Part shown: positions 9,236 through 17,844 of the stretch, piece by piece
Numbering within the stretch: position 1 is the stretch's first letter
Layout: each line of letters begins with the position of its first letter
From: Clostridiales bacterium
Lineage (GTDB): Bacteria; Bacillota; Clostridia; Saccharofermentanales; Saccharofermentanaceae
DNA: 64,000 bases
Direction: 5' to 3'
Assembly (NCBI GenBank): GCA_017617935.1
Contig: JAFZVF010000059.1
Span: forward strand, 3,486-67,485
Position numbers and translations under genes: made by a program
The notes under the pieces: generated by a model
What the model was told of the DNA's origin: nothing
Seen by the model: only the letters and a program-made list of their open reading frames with translations
The model's database searches: none

Positions 9236-10432
9236 ATGCCTGAATATAAATACAAGGCGCAGGACAAGGACGGAAAGACCGTTAAGGGCAAAGCACAAGC
9301 CGCGGATACCACGGAACTTCAGAAAAGGTTTCGCGAGAACGGCATGATGCTGCTCGAAGTCAAGCCCGTTGTCAGAAGGATCGCGCTCAAAGAGCTGAAA
9401 AAGAAACAGCTTGCGGATTTCTGCAGACAGCTTGGCACGCTTATCAAGGCCGGCGTTTCTCTCGTAAAATCGCTTGAGATCATTGCAAATGACGAATCAA
9501 TCGGAAATTATGAAAGGGATCTTTATCTGAGGCTTAGGGACAGGATTGTGCAGGGTGTTGCCCTTTCGACTGCAATGGAAGAGCTTGAACCGGCATTTCC
9601 GCCGCTTCTGACGTTCATGATCAGAGCTGCGGAAACTTCAGGCACCATGGATACGACCGCTTTGCGCCTAGCCGATCAGTATACCGGTGAGAACGAGCTT
9701 GAGCAGACGGCAAAGAATTCATTGACTTATCCGAAGATCCTTTCAGTCTTAATTGTTGGAGTTGTTGCCATCCTTTTCGGATACGTACTGCCTCAATTTA
9801 AAGACTTGTTTGATGCGATGCCTGAACTCCCGATTACTACAAGGATATTAATGGGAATTTCAGACTTTGTCGCTCACAAGTGGTATGTGATAGTGATAGT
9901 CGTCGCGTTTGTGGCGATCTTCGGAAAGATGATAAAGAAGACTCCGACGGTGCGCTATACGATCGATAAGATCAAGGTTAAGGGCAAATGGGGCAAGCTC
10001 CTGAAGGTCATATATTCCGCGAGATTTGCGAGAACGCTGAGCTCGCTTTATTCATCCGGCATCCCGATCTACAGTTGCGTCAACATCGCTAAGAGCACGA
10101 TTGGCAACAAGTATATAGAAGACCAGTTTGACGACGCTCTCCAAAAGATTTCCGGAGGCGCAAAGATGTCCGACGTCTTTGCTGGCATTGACGGTTTCGT
10201 AGCCAAGCTTCCCGCGACTATAAAGGTCGGCGAAGAAACCGGTATGCTGGGCCCCATGATGGAATCCGTCGCAAACGATCTGGATTTCTATTCCAGACAG
10301 GCACTTTTAAAGTTGGTTTCATACATTGAACCGGTAATGATCGTTGTAATGGCTGTGATCGTTGGATTCATAATGATCGCCGTCATTCAGCCGATTTACA
10401 ATTCCTACTCCACGATCGGTGCAGGAGCATAA
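9236..10432 (+). CDS. pilC: type IV pilus platform protein (T2SSF family)
   Basis: MPEYKYKAQDKDGK, FCRQLGTLIKAGVSL, LTYP, FARTLSSLYSSGIP, GEETG, IEP. Confidence 0.93.
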   Translation: MPEYKYKAQDKDGKTVKGKAQAADTTELQKRFRENGMMLLEVKPVVRRIALKELKKKQLADFCRQLGTLIKAGVSLVKSLEIIANDESIGNYERDLYLRLRDRIVQGVALSTAMEELEPAFPPLLTFMIRAAETSGTMDTTALRLADQYTGENELEQTAKNSLTYPKILSVLIVGVVAILFGYVLPQFKDLFDAMPELPITTRILMGISDFVAHKWYVIVIVVAFVAIFGKMIKKTPTVRYTIDKIKVKGKWGKLLKVIYSARFARTLSSLYSSGIPIYSCVNIAKSTIGNKYIEDQFDDALQKISGGAKMSDVFAGIDGFVAKLPATIKVGEETGMLGPMMESVANDLDFYSRQALLKLVSYIEPVMIVVMAVIVGFIMIAVIQPIYNSYSTIGAGA

Positions 10433-10453
10433 ACAAGGGGGAAATAGCAGACT

Positions 10454-11935
10454 ATGTCCGTAACGGTTTTTCTGTCAAACACGAACATCCAGATAGCGGT
10501 GGGCAGCGGTTCGCCAACGAGTGCGAAGGTGAGAAATCTCATCTCAATGGCACTGCCGAGCGGTGCCGTGCTCAACGGCGTTATAACGGATCCGGTTGCT
10601 CTGAAGGAAACCATCAGGGAATGCTGGAAGATCAACAAGATCCCGAAGTCGGACGTAATGCTGGTTCTCAACAGCCCGCAGCTTCGTGCAAACAGGATAG
10701 ACACCCCCATTCTTCCCGAAAAGAAGACTACAGAATTCGTTGAGCGCGAGACGAAGGATTCAGAATACGGAAGATTCCAGAAGCCTGTTACCGGTTGGTA
10801 TTTCGTAAGTAAAAATGTTAAGGAAAAGAAGCAGAAGATCATTTCCGAGACTGCTGACCGTGAATTCATAAAGGCTTACGTCGAACTTTTCGGAAGCGTG
10901 GGAGTGAAGCTTTCCTCGATCCATAACGGCGTCAATCTGGCAATTAAGCTCTTCGGCGCACAGGCAAGAGGAAAGACCCTTGTCTACATGATTCTGGATG
11001 GTACGTCTCTTGTTACGATACTGTATTCGCAGGGTGAATATTACTACGATTCGACTTCACGTGTTTTTGCCCAACCGGGAACACCGGAGTTTGCAAAGGA
11101 AATCTATGGTTCCGTGTCGGGAATCAGGCAGTTTGCCACGGCGCAGCATCTTGCCGACACGAACATTAACGAGATCAATTTCGCGGGTCTTGCCGAATCA
11201 CAGGTAAAAAGGCTGGCGGAAGATATATCGGTAATTGACGGACAACTGATCGTGTCGCAGGCGGATTGTCCCAGATACGTCGACGCAGGGAGCAGGCAAA
11301 GAGAGTTCCCTTACTTTGTTTATGCCGTCGCAGGCCTTGTCAAGGTAGCTGAAAAGCTCACGGTACTTGACGCGGCTCATAAGACTTCGGATGCTGCTCA
11401 AAATCGTAGAGGTAAGTTGAAACTAATACTTCCTTTGGCAGGCGTTGCCGTTATTCTTGCGATCATCACAGGAATTCTTATGGCGATCAAGATATCAAAG
11501 CAGAGAAAACTAGACGAACTCAATCGCTACATCAAGGATCCTGCAATAATCGCGCAAGTCAACCGCTATGACAAGATATCGGGAGACATGAGCGATCTTG
11601 GCATGATCCAGGGCGGCGTTGACAGACTTCTTGAGAATCAGGATTCTTACCCCACGCCTGATTCGAAGATTAATAATGAGATCATTAAGGCTGCCAACAG
11701 ACACAAGGTAAACATTACCTTCAATTCTTATAGTGCAAAGACAGGAATATTCAGCGTGACGGCAAAATCGACCGAGGTTGATGACATTAACGCATTCATT
11801 GCCGATCTCTTAAAGATGGACATTTTCGAAAATGTGGATTACACGGGCTATACGAGAGTCAATGAGACGGTCGGATGGTCAATCAACGTAGTCTGTACTC
11901 TAGCCGGACAAAAGGCTGATACTGAGCAAAAGTGA
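10454..11935 (+). CDS. PilM-PilN-like fused alignment protein
   Basis: N-terminal PilM-like region (LPSGAVLNGVITD), single TM, C-terminal PilN-like domain (INAFIADL..IFENV); lies between pilC and the pilO-like gene. Confidence 0.7.
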   Translation: MSVTVFLSNTNIQIAVGSGSPTSAKVRNLISMALPSGAVLNGVITDPVALKETIRECWKINKIPKSDVMLVLNSPQLRANRIDTPILPEKKTTEFVERETKDSEYGRFQKPVTGWYFVSKNVKEKKQKIISETADREFIKAYVELFGSVGVKLSSIHNGVNLAIKLFGAQARGKTLVYMILDGTSLVTILYSQGEYYYDSTSRVFAQPGTPEFAKEIYGSVSGIRQFATAQHLADTNINEINFAGLAESQVKRLAEDISVIDGQLIVSQADCPRYVDAGSRQREFPYFVYAVAGLVKVAEKLTVLDAAHKTSDAAQNRRGKLKLILPLAGVAVILAIITGILMAIKISKQRKLDELNRYIKDPAIIAQVNRYDKISGDMSDLGMIQGGVDRLLENQDSYPTPDSKINNEIIKAANRHKVNITFNSYSAKTGIFSVTAKSTEVDDINAFIADLLKMDIFENVDYTGYTRVNETVGWSINVVCTLAGQKADTEQK

Positions 11936-11947
11936 GGACGGTTCAAG

Positions 11948-12760
11948 ATGAAATTTGAGACTAATCTTAATTCCGGTGATAAGCTGAAGATCATAATCGT
12001 ATTGTTTGTGGGCTTGGTTGCATTGTACTCATGGTATGTGATAAAACCATTGGCTTCGAGCATAACTTCTTTGGATGACAAGATTTCTACGGCTCAACAG
12101 ACTAAGCAGCTGTACTATTATAAAGTCACCAATCTCGGCAGTGCGGAATCTTTACATAAAAAATCCGTTACGGAACTTCTTGACACGACTTCAAGATATA
12201 ACAAGATGTTGAACAGTTCACAGATCGACAAGATGGCGACAAGTTACGTTATGGGATTTGGCCTTTTCCCTGTGGATCTTATTATTAACATGCCTGACGG
12301 AACAGTAAATGAATCTCCTTATAAATATTCGGTACTTCCGACCAGAACGATGCCGCCTTCTACGACTGTTACAACTTCCAAGTCAACTAGTGGCAATGCG
12401 GCGTTTGTCAATCCCGAATCGCTTATGACGATTTATACTCGTTCCAGATTGAATGAAAACGGTACTGCGAATTCACAGGCTAAATGTGTCAGCATAACTG
12501 TCGTCGTCAGGGGCGATCCTGAGAAAGAACAGAAGCTTATTGATGATCTGACGAAGAAGAAATCACTTCTTGTTACGGGATTCAGTTGGACAAATACAGA
12601 TCCTATAAGAGTTCAACGGGAAGATGGCACTTATGAGTTTGTCGATTCAGGAGAGAAGATCCTGAGGTTTGATGTGAATTTCTATATGGCGGAATATCCC
12701 GAGTTTGAGGCCGAAGTCAACGGCAATGCGGGCTCTGAAACTGCCACGGAGGTGGGTTAA
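11948..12760 (+). CDS. PilO-like pilus assembly protein
   Basis: N-terminal TM followed by a coiled segment, C-terminal ferredoxin-like pattern; operon position. Confidence 0.6.
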   Translation: MKFETNLNSGDKLKIIIVLFVGLVALYSWYVIKPLASSITSLDDKISTAQQTKQLYYYKVTNLGSAESLHKKSVTELLDTTSRYNKMLNSSQIDKMATSYVMGFGLFPVDLIINMPDGTVNESPYKYSVLPTRTMPPSTTVTTSKSTSGNAAFVNPESLMTIYTRSRLNENGTANSQAKCVSITVVVRGDPEKEQKLIDDLTKKKSLLVTGFSWTNTDPIRVQREDGTYEFVDSGEKILRFDVNFYMAEYPEFEAEVNGNAGSETATEVG

Positions 12761-12763
12761 GAA

Positions 12764-14458
12764 ATGGACGATAAATCATCAGCTCCAAAGATCCGAATAG
12801 GCGATCTCATGCTGAACGCAGGTTATATAACCGAGGTTCAGCTTAAGGAGGCTTTGGCTCTCCAGAAACAGTCAAGCGGCAAGAGAATAGGACAGCTCCT
12901 CATCGAAATGGGATACGTGACCGAGCATCAGATGCTTATGGCGCTTGCCGAAAGACTTGGATTGCAGCTCATCAATATTTCCTCATTCCCCATTGACGTC
13001 GAGGCGGTCAAGCTTATCCCTCGCCAAATGGCGGAACAGTACCTGATGCTTCCCATTTCTTTCAGCGACGGACAGCTCGTCCTGGCGGTCAACGACCCTC
13101 TCAATCTCTATGCGATAGAGGACATCAGGCAGACTGCGGGTATTCCCGTCCTTACGGTTCTCTCTGAAGAAGAGCCGCTCAAGAGCGCGATCGAGTATCA
13201 GTATGCAGAAATTAAAGCCAAGCAGGCGGCTGAGAATGCGAACGTCAATACGGTGGGAACCAATCTGGACGAGCTCGTAATCGATACGAGTGCCGGCGCA
13301 GATGACGCACCTATTATCAATCTCGTTAACTCGTTGCTCGACAAGGCCTTCCACGATAATGCATCCGACATTCACATCGAGCCTTTCGAGAAGAACGTCG
13401 TAGTCAGGATGCGTATCGACGGAACGCTTATGGATTACATTACGCTTCAGAAGAACGTTCAGGATTCACTTGTTGCAAGAATTAAGATTATGGGCGAGAT
13501 GGACATCGCTGAGAGGCGTATTCCGCAGGACGGCCATTTCCGAGTCCGTATTCAGGGCCAGATCGTCAACGTCCGTGTCAATGTCATTCCCACTGTATTT
13601 GGTGAGAAGGTCGTTATGCGTATCATTATTTCCGAAGTCAATATTGACCGTAACGAAACCTTTGGTATGGATGAAGATTCGTTCCGTAAGTTTTCGTCAA
13701 TGCTCAAGATGCCTAATGGCTTGATCTACATCACGGGTCCTACGGGTTCAGGTAAGTCCACAACGCTCTATATGGCGCTTGCTTCGCTTTCTGACAGACC
13801 GATCAATATCAGTACCATTGAGGACCCTGTCGAGAAGAATCTCCCCAGATTAAACCAGATGCAGGTTCACCCCAATGCCGGTTTGACGTTCGAGGTCGGC
13901 CTCAGAGCGTTGATGCGTCAGGATCCTGACGTAATAATGGTCGGTGAGACGCGTGACGCTGAGACGGCTACCATAGCGATAAGAGCGGCAATTACCGGAC
14001 ACCTTGTTCTTTCAACGCTTCACACCAACGATGCCGCATCGACAGTCGTAAGACTTGTCGATATGGGCTCGGAACCTTATCTGTTGTCATCTGCACTTGC
14101 CGGCGTCGTAGCGCAAAGGCTTATGCGTAAGGTTTGTCCTTTCTGTGCTAAGACCGAGCCTCTGACGGAAGCTCAGATCGACTTCGTCGGGCACGACATC
14201 CCGAACGCAAAGAAGGCAGTTGGCTGTTCAAGCTGCCACGGTTCAGGTTATCTTGGCAGAACGGCGATCCACGAGGTTCTTGTTATTGACAAGGTCATGC
14301 GCAAGATGGTGGCGGCAAACGCCGGTGCCGAAGAAATGAAGAATTATGCGGTGGAACACCAGGGAATGAAGACCCTGAAACAACAGGCCATAAGGCTTGT
14401 TGAAGCGGGCATCACTACCATGGAGGAACTTGAGCGCGTAGCTTACTATGACGACTGA
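12764..14458 (+). CDS. pilB: type IV pilus extension ATPase (GspE/PilB) with N-terminal MshEN domain
   Basis: GPTGSGKST, TIEDPVE, RQDPDVIMVGETRD, TGHLVLSTLHTND, two CxxC; RIG..L..G....QL..AL..Q tandem motifs. Confidence 0.95.
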   Translation: MDDKSSAPKIRIGDLMLNAGYITEVQLKEALALQKQSSGKRIGQLLIEMGYVTEHQMLMALAERLGLQLINISSFPIDVEAVKLIPRQMAEQYLMLPISFSDGQLVLAVNDPLNLYAIEDIRQTAGIPVLTVLSEEEPLKSAIEYQYAEIKAKQAAENANVNTVGTNLDELVIDTSAGADDAPIINLVNSLLDKAFHDNASDIHIEPFEKNVVVRMRIDGTLMDYITLQKNVQDSLVARIKIMGEMDIAERRIPQDGHFRVRIQGQIVNVRVNVIPTVFGEKVVMRIIISEVNIDRNETFGMDEDSFRKFSSMLKMPNGLIYITGPTGSGKSTTLYMALASLSDRPINISTIEDPVEKNLPRLNQMQVHPNAGLTFEVGLRALMRQDPDVIMVGETRDAETATIAIRAAITGHLVLSTLHTNDAASTVVRLVDMGSEPYLLSSALAGVVAQRLMRKVCPFCAKTEPLTEAQIDFVGHDIPNAKKAVGCSSCHGSGYLGRTAIHEVLVIDKVMRKMVAANAGAEEMKNYAVEHQGMKTLKQQAIRLVEAGITTMEELERVAYYDD

Positions 14459-15035
14459 TCGGAAGGAAAAGGGCTTCTTCAAGGATCTGAAAACGGTACC
14501 TTCGTCCGTATTTTTCATATTTTCCGCAATGTCGATAATCGCGGCTGTCATTGTTTACGGCTTCTCTTTGAAGGCTTTAGTGACAGCCGTTTTATCTGTA
14601 CTGCTTTCAGCGTGCGCTTCATCTGACATAAAGGCAGGCATCGTGCCTGATCTGATAGTATGCCTTATAGCTTTAGTAAGCATATTATCTTTTTTCTTAT
14701 TAGAACCTGTAACGCTTGTAAATGCCGCTGACAAGCTTTTCGGAGCTTTTGTAGTAGCCGTACCCATGTTGCTTTGTTCAATGATAATCAAAGGCGCGTA
14801 CGGGGGAGGAGACATAAAGATGATGGCGGTCTGCGGATTGTATCTGGGATGGCGCCTGACCTTTGCATCTGCAGGCATAGCGTTCCTTGCAGCGGGCATC
14901 TACGCGATCGTTCTGTTTGTAAGACGTAAAGCGGATGTTAACAGCAGGATACCAATGGCACCGTTTTTGGCTTTCGGCGTCTTTTTTTCGTTACATTTTG
15001 GTGATAAAGCAATAACCTTGTTAACGGGTTATTAA
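14448..15035 (+). CDS. A24 prepilin peptidase, peptidase domain only
   Basis: SSDIKAGIVPD and GGGDIK catalytic Asp motifs, IPMAPFL; no N-terminal Cys-Zn domain. Confidence 0.88.
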   Translation: MTTDRKEKGFFKDLKTVPSSVFFIFSAMSIIAAVIVYGFSLKALVTAVLSVLLSACASSDIKAGIVPDLIVCLIALVSILSFFLLEPVTLVNAADKLFGAFVVAVPMLLCSMIIKGAYGGGDIKMMAVCGLYLGWRLTFASAGIAFLAAGIYAIVLFVRRKADVNSRIPMAPFLAFGVFFSLHFGDKAITLLTGY

Positions 15036-15175
15036 CAATTTAAGCCCTCCCAAAAAGGCCTGAAACATAATAATCAAAGACTTTTGCGGGGCTGAACACA
15101 TTGATTTTATTGGCATAGCGCGATAATGACCAATGAACGGTTTATTAAAAGACGATGAATTGTGGCGGAAATGTG

Positions 15176-15204
15176 TTGCAAAAACCAGAGGGTGAGATTA
15201 TAGT
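15176..15204 (+). promoter_or_regulatory. sigma-A-like promoter of the major pilin
   Basis: TTGCAA-N17-TATAGT, then strong AAAGGAGG RBS. Confidence 0.65.
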
Positions 15205-15264
15205 GTAACCATAAGCGAAACGCACAACGCAAAACGCAAAACCCCATAAAGGAGGAAAGAGAAA

Positions 15265-15696
15265 ATGAAGAGAATGAATAAGACAAGTAAGAAGGGTTTC
15301 ACCCTCGTTGAGCTCATCGTAGTCCTCGTAATCCTGGCTATCATGGCAGCGATCCTTATCCCGGCTTTGACAGGTTACATCGACAGAGCAAGAGAGCAGA
15401 ACGTAACACAGCAGGCAGCAACGATCCTTACAGCAGCTCAGGCTTGCGCATCTGAGGATTATGGTCTTACAAAGAAAGCTGATTATACAGCAAGAACATT
15501 AAGTGGCGATTTGTCTACAAAATTCGGAGCCGAAGTCAAGACAATGGCTGAACTCACGAATATCAAAGCTGATGCGTTTAATGTTAATGCTACAACAGAT
15601 CCTAATGGTGTAATCATTACATTCTCTGTTACGGATGTTGGTCAGCAGAAGACAGCTACATGGAATTCCGCTGATGGTTCTTGGAGCGTTTCATAA
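15265..15696 (+). CDS. pilA: type IV major pilin
   Basis: KKG|FTLVELIVVLVILAI class III signal peptide, 143 aa, own promoter and terminator. Confidence 0.9.
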   Translation: MKRMNKTSKKGFTLVELIVVLVILAIMAAILIPALTGYIDRAREQNVTQQAATILTAAQACASEDYGLTKKADYTARTLSGDLSTKFGAEVKTMAELTNIKADAFNVNATTDPNGVIITFSVTDVGQQKTATWNSADGSWSVS

Positions 15697-15728
15697 TCAC
15701 ATCTTTAGTTGATTAGTTGATGAATCTT

Positions 15729-15757
15729 ACGGTCCCGGGGTATCCCGGGACCGTTTT
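15729..15757 (+). terminator. terminator after the major pilin
   Basis: ACGGTCCCGGG-GTAT-CCCGGGACCGT followed by TTT. Confidence 0.8.
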
Positions 15758-15771
15758 ATGGAAATAACGTT

Positions 15772-17589
15772 ATGAAGAAATATCTGCGATCTCATATCTT
15801 TGAATTCTTGAGTCTTTTTCTTTATGTTTTTTTACGTATAATCAATGCGATCTTTCATGAACCTTGGTACGATGAGGCTATTGCCTGGCAGATTGCCAAG
15901 GTTGCTGATTGGAAGACTATTATTTTCATCGAACCTAAATATGAGGGGCATCCTCCGCTTTGGCATATAGTACTTGCCTTATTTGCCAAAAACGGAGCTC
16001 CCTATGAATTAAGCCTGACAATTATAAGTTTGATCTTTACTACTGCAACTGTCGCTTTGATTCTCTTTAAGTCGCCTTTCCCGCGAATTGTCAGACTCTT
16101 TCTTCCGTTTACTTATTTTCTGTTTTATCAATATGGAGCGGTATCTCGACCTTATTGCATGATGATGCTTGCTTTTGTGTTGTGTGCAATGTCTTGGAAG
16201 GAAAGAAGGGAAAAACCATTCCGTTTGTCTTTGAGTCTTCTTTTTCTTTGTTTGACAAGTTTATACGGAATAGCATTCGCAGGCGGAATCGCGGTTGCAT
16301 GGGCAATCGAATATATTATTGAATCAAAAAACTTAAAAGCTTTCTTCACTGAGAAGAGATTCTTTGCAATGCTTGCGCTTCTTATTTCAGCGCTGGCTAT
16401 TCTTTTCAACATGATCCCCGGTAAAGACTCAACGCCAGTAAACGGATTAAATCTTAAGGTTTATTTGACTTCAAACCCTTTGAGATTCGTTTATCTTCTT
16501 TTTGCGATCCCGGCAGATGCCACTTTTACAGATGTGCTTTCGATTGATACCGGGACATTTATCAGGAACGCAGAATTTCATATCGCAGAGCTTATTGCTG
16601 CGTGCATCGTGGGTTTGTTGATTATTGTTTGCATGAATGTTTATGGATACAAAAAAAAGACAATTCTGTTATTCGTGTTGCCACAGTTATTTTTCATTAT
16701 AATTGCAAGTTTTTATATGTCACAGCATCATATAGGCATAGAATTTCTTTTTATGCTTTTTTGGATATGGGCATCAAAGAACGAAGCTGACATTCGAAGA
16801 ATTACAAATCTGAAATCTCTTGATCTATCGGAGAATAAACTGATTAAATCTCTGGGATTTGACAGGCCGCAAAAGTTGTTTTTTATTCAGATTCCTTCAT
16901 TAGCGACATATAATGTGAATCTTTATAAAATCGTATCCGGTCTTTTGGTTTGCATTACAATGATCGTTTCATTCATTTGGGGAATAGGATCTTTTACTGC
17001 AGATATTAAGTACAATTTTGCTTGTGGAAGATATATGGCAGATTTCATAAAGGAACACAATCTATCTGATTATAAATTATTGTCTCATTGGCAGATCGTT
17101 CGTAACGAGGATGGAACGATAAAGAAGCAAAATACTTGGGAATACCTGTATGCTAATAACCTGCTTCCGTATTTTGATAAAAACATTTTTTATAACTATT
17201 GGAATGGCGACGATGATCGTGCATATGAATTAAGGCTGTCTCCTACTCAAGAAGATAATGAGGCAAACTTAAACACATGGAAAAAGAGGGGGTATCCGGA
17301 TGTTATTCTCAATAATGCGGATTTAGCATTGATTTTTCCTGAAGCAGAGGAAAGGCCAATGTATACAACGATCTATATGGAAGATGATTATGTGATTTGG
17401 AAAGGAAAAATGAACGGATTATTCGCATGGCTTTCTGTCAGGAATGATATTCTTGAAAAACTCGGATTTGACAAGAATGCTCCAATTTCCACCCATGTCT
17501 ATGAATATGAATACGGACGGAGGAAAGAATTGCCGGGGGATAATGTAACACGTACGGTGATTGAAGCTCAGAAAGAACAGACAAAATAG
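15772..17589 (+). CDS. polytopic membrane protein, GT-C-fold glycosyltransferase-like
   Basis: About 10 or more TMs, first-loop WYDEA and EGHPPLWH motifs as in ArnT/PMT-like GT-C enzymes, RPY motif, soluble C-terminus; visibly AT-rich. Confidence 0.6.
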   Translation: MKKYLRSHIFEFLSLFLYVFLRIINAIFHEPWYDEAIAWQIAKVADWKTIIFIEPKYEGHPPLWHIVLALFAKNGAPYELSLTIISLIFTTATVALILFKSPFPRIVRLFLPFTYFLFYQYGAVSRPYCMMMLAFVLCAMSWKERREKPFRLSLSLLFLCLTSLYGIAFAGGIAVAWAIEYIIESKNLKAFFTEKRFFAMLALLISALAILFNMIPGKDSTPVNGLNLKVYLTSNPLRFVYLLFAIPADATFTDVLSIDTGTFIRNAEFHIAELIAACIVGLLIIVCMNVYGYKKKTILLFVLPQLFFIIIASFYMSQHHIGIEFLFMLFWIWASKNEADIRRITNLKSLDLSENKLIKSLGFDRPQKLFFIQIPSLATYNVNLYKIVSGLLVCITMIVSFIWGIGSFTADIKYNFACGRYMADFIKEHNLSDYKLLSHWQIVRNEDGTIKKQNTWEYLYANNLLPYFDKNIFYNYWNGDDDRAYELRLSPTQEDNEANLNTWKKRGYPDVILNNADLALIFPEAEERPMYTTIYMEDDYVIWKGKMNGLFAWLSVRNDILEKLGFDKNAPISTHVYEYEYGRRKELPGDNVTRTVIEAQKEQTK

Positions 17590-17615
17590 CCTCAATTCAT
17601 CAAATCCGTTTGATC

Positions 17616-17630
17616 TGTAACATTGTTACA
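17616..17630. other. dyad TGTAACA-T-TGTTACA, second copy
   Basis: Identical to 7696-7710. Confidence 0.45.
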
Positions 17631-17640
17631 CAAAGATGTT

Positions 17641-17686
17641 TTTACCGGTATCACCTCATGAAAGTGATAACGGTAAACGCTTTTTT
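17641..17686 (+). terminator. probable terminator after the GT-C-like gene
   Basis: TTTACCG.TATCAC / GTGATA.CGGTAAA stem followed by a T-tract. Confidence 0.6.
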
Positions 17687-17749
17687 AGTACGATGATCTT
17701 ACACATATGCGTTGTAACATTTTGGTCATGCTTTTAACATTAATTTTAT

Positions 17750-17778
17750 TTGACGCATAGGCTTCAAGCGTCTATATT
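17750..17778 (+). promoter_or_regulatory. sigma-A-like promoter of the giant pilin / minor pilin operon
   Basis: TTGACG-N17-TATATT. Confidence 0.55.
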
Positions 17779-17844
17779 TATAATATAAGGGTGATGATGG
17801 ATTAGCATGGATATTTGTCTATTGACGGTTCATGGAGGGACGGA

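Noticed and set aside
15205-15264. c-di-GMP-I riboswitch before the pilin (GCGAAA, ACGCAAAA words)
   Set aside because: The leader is only ~55 nt and A/C-rich, and the required paired stems cannot be formed
16651-16658. A8 tract as a phase-variation switch in the GT-C-like gene
   Set aside because: Short homopolymer in a very AT-rich gene, frame intact; expected by chance
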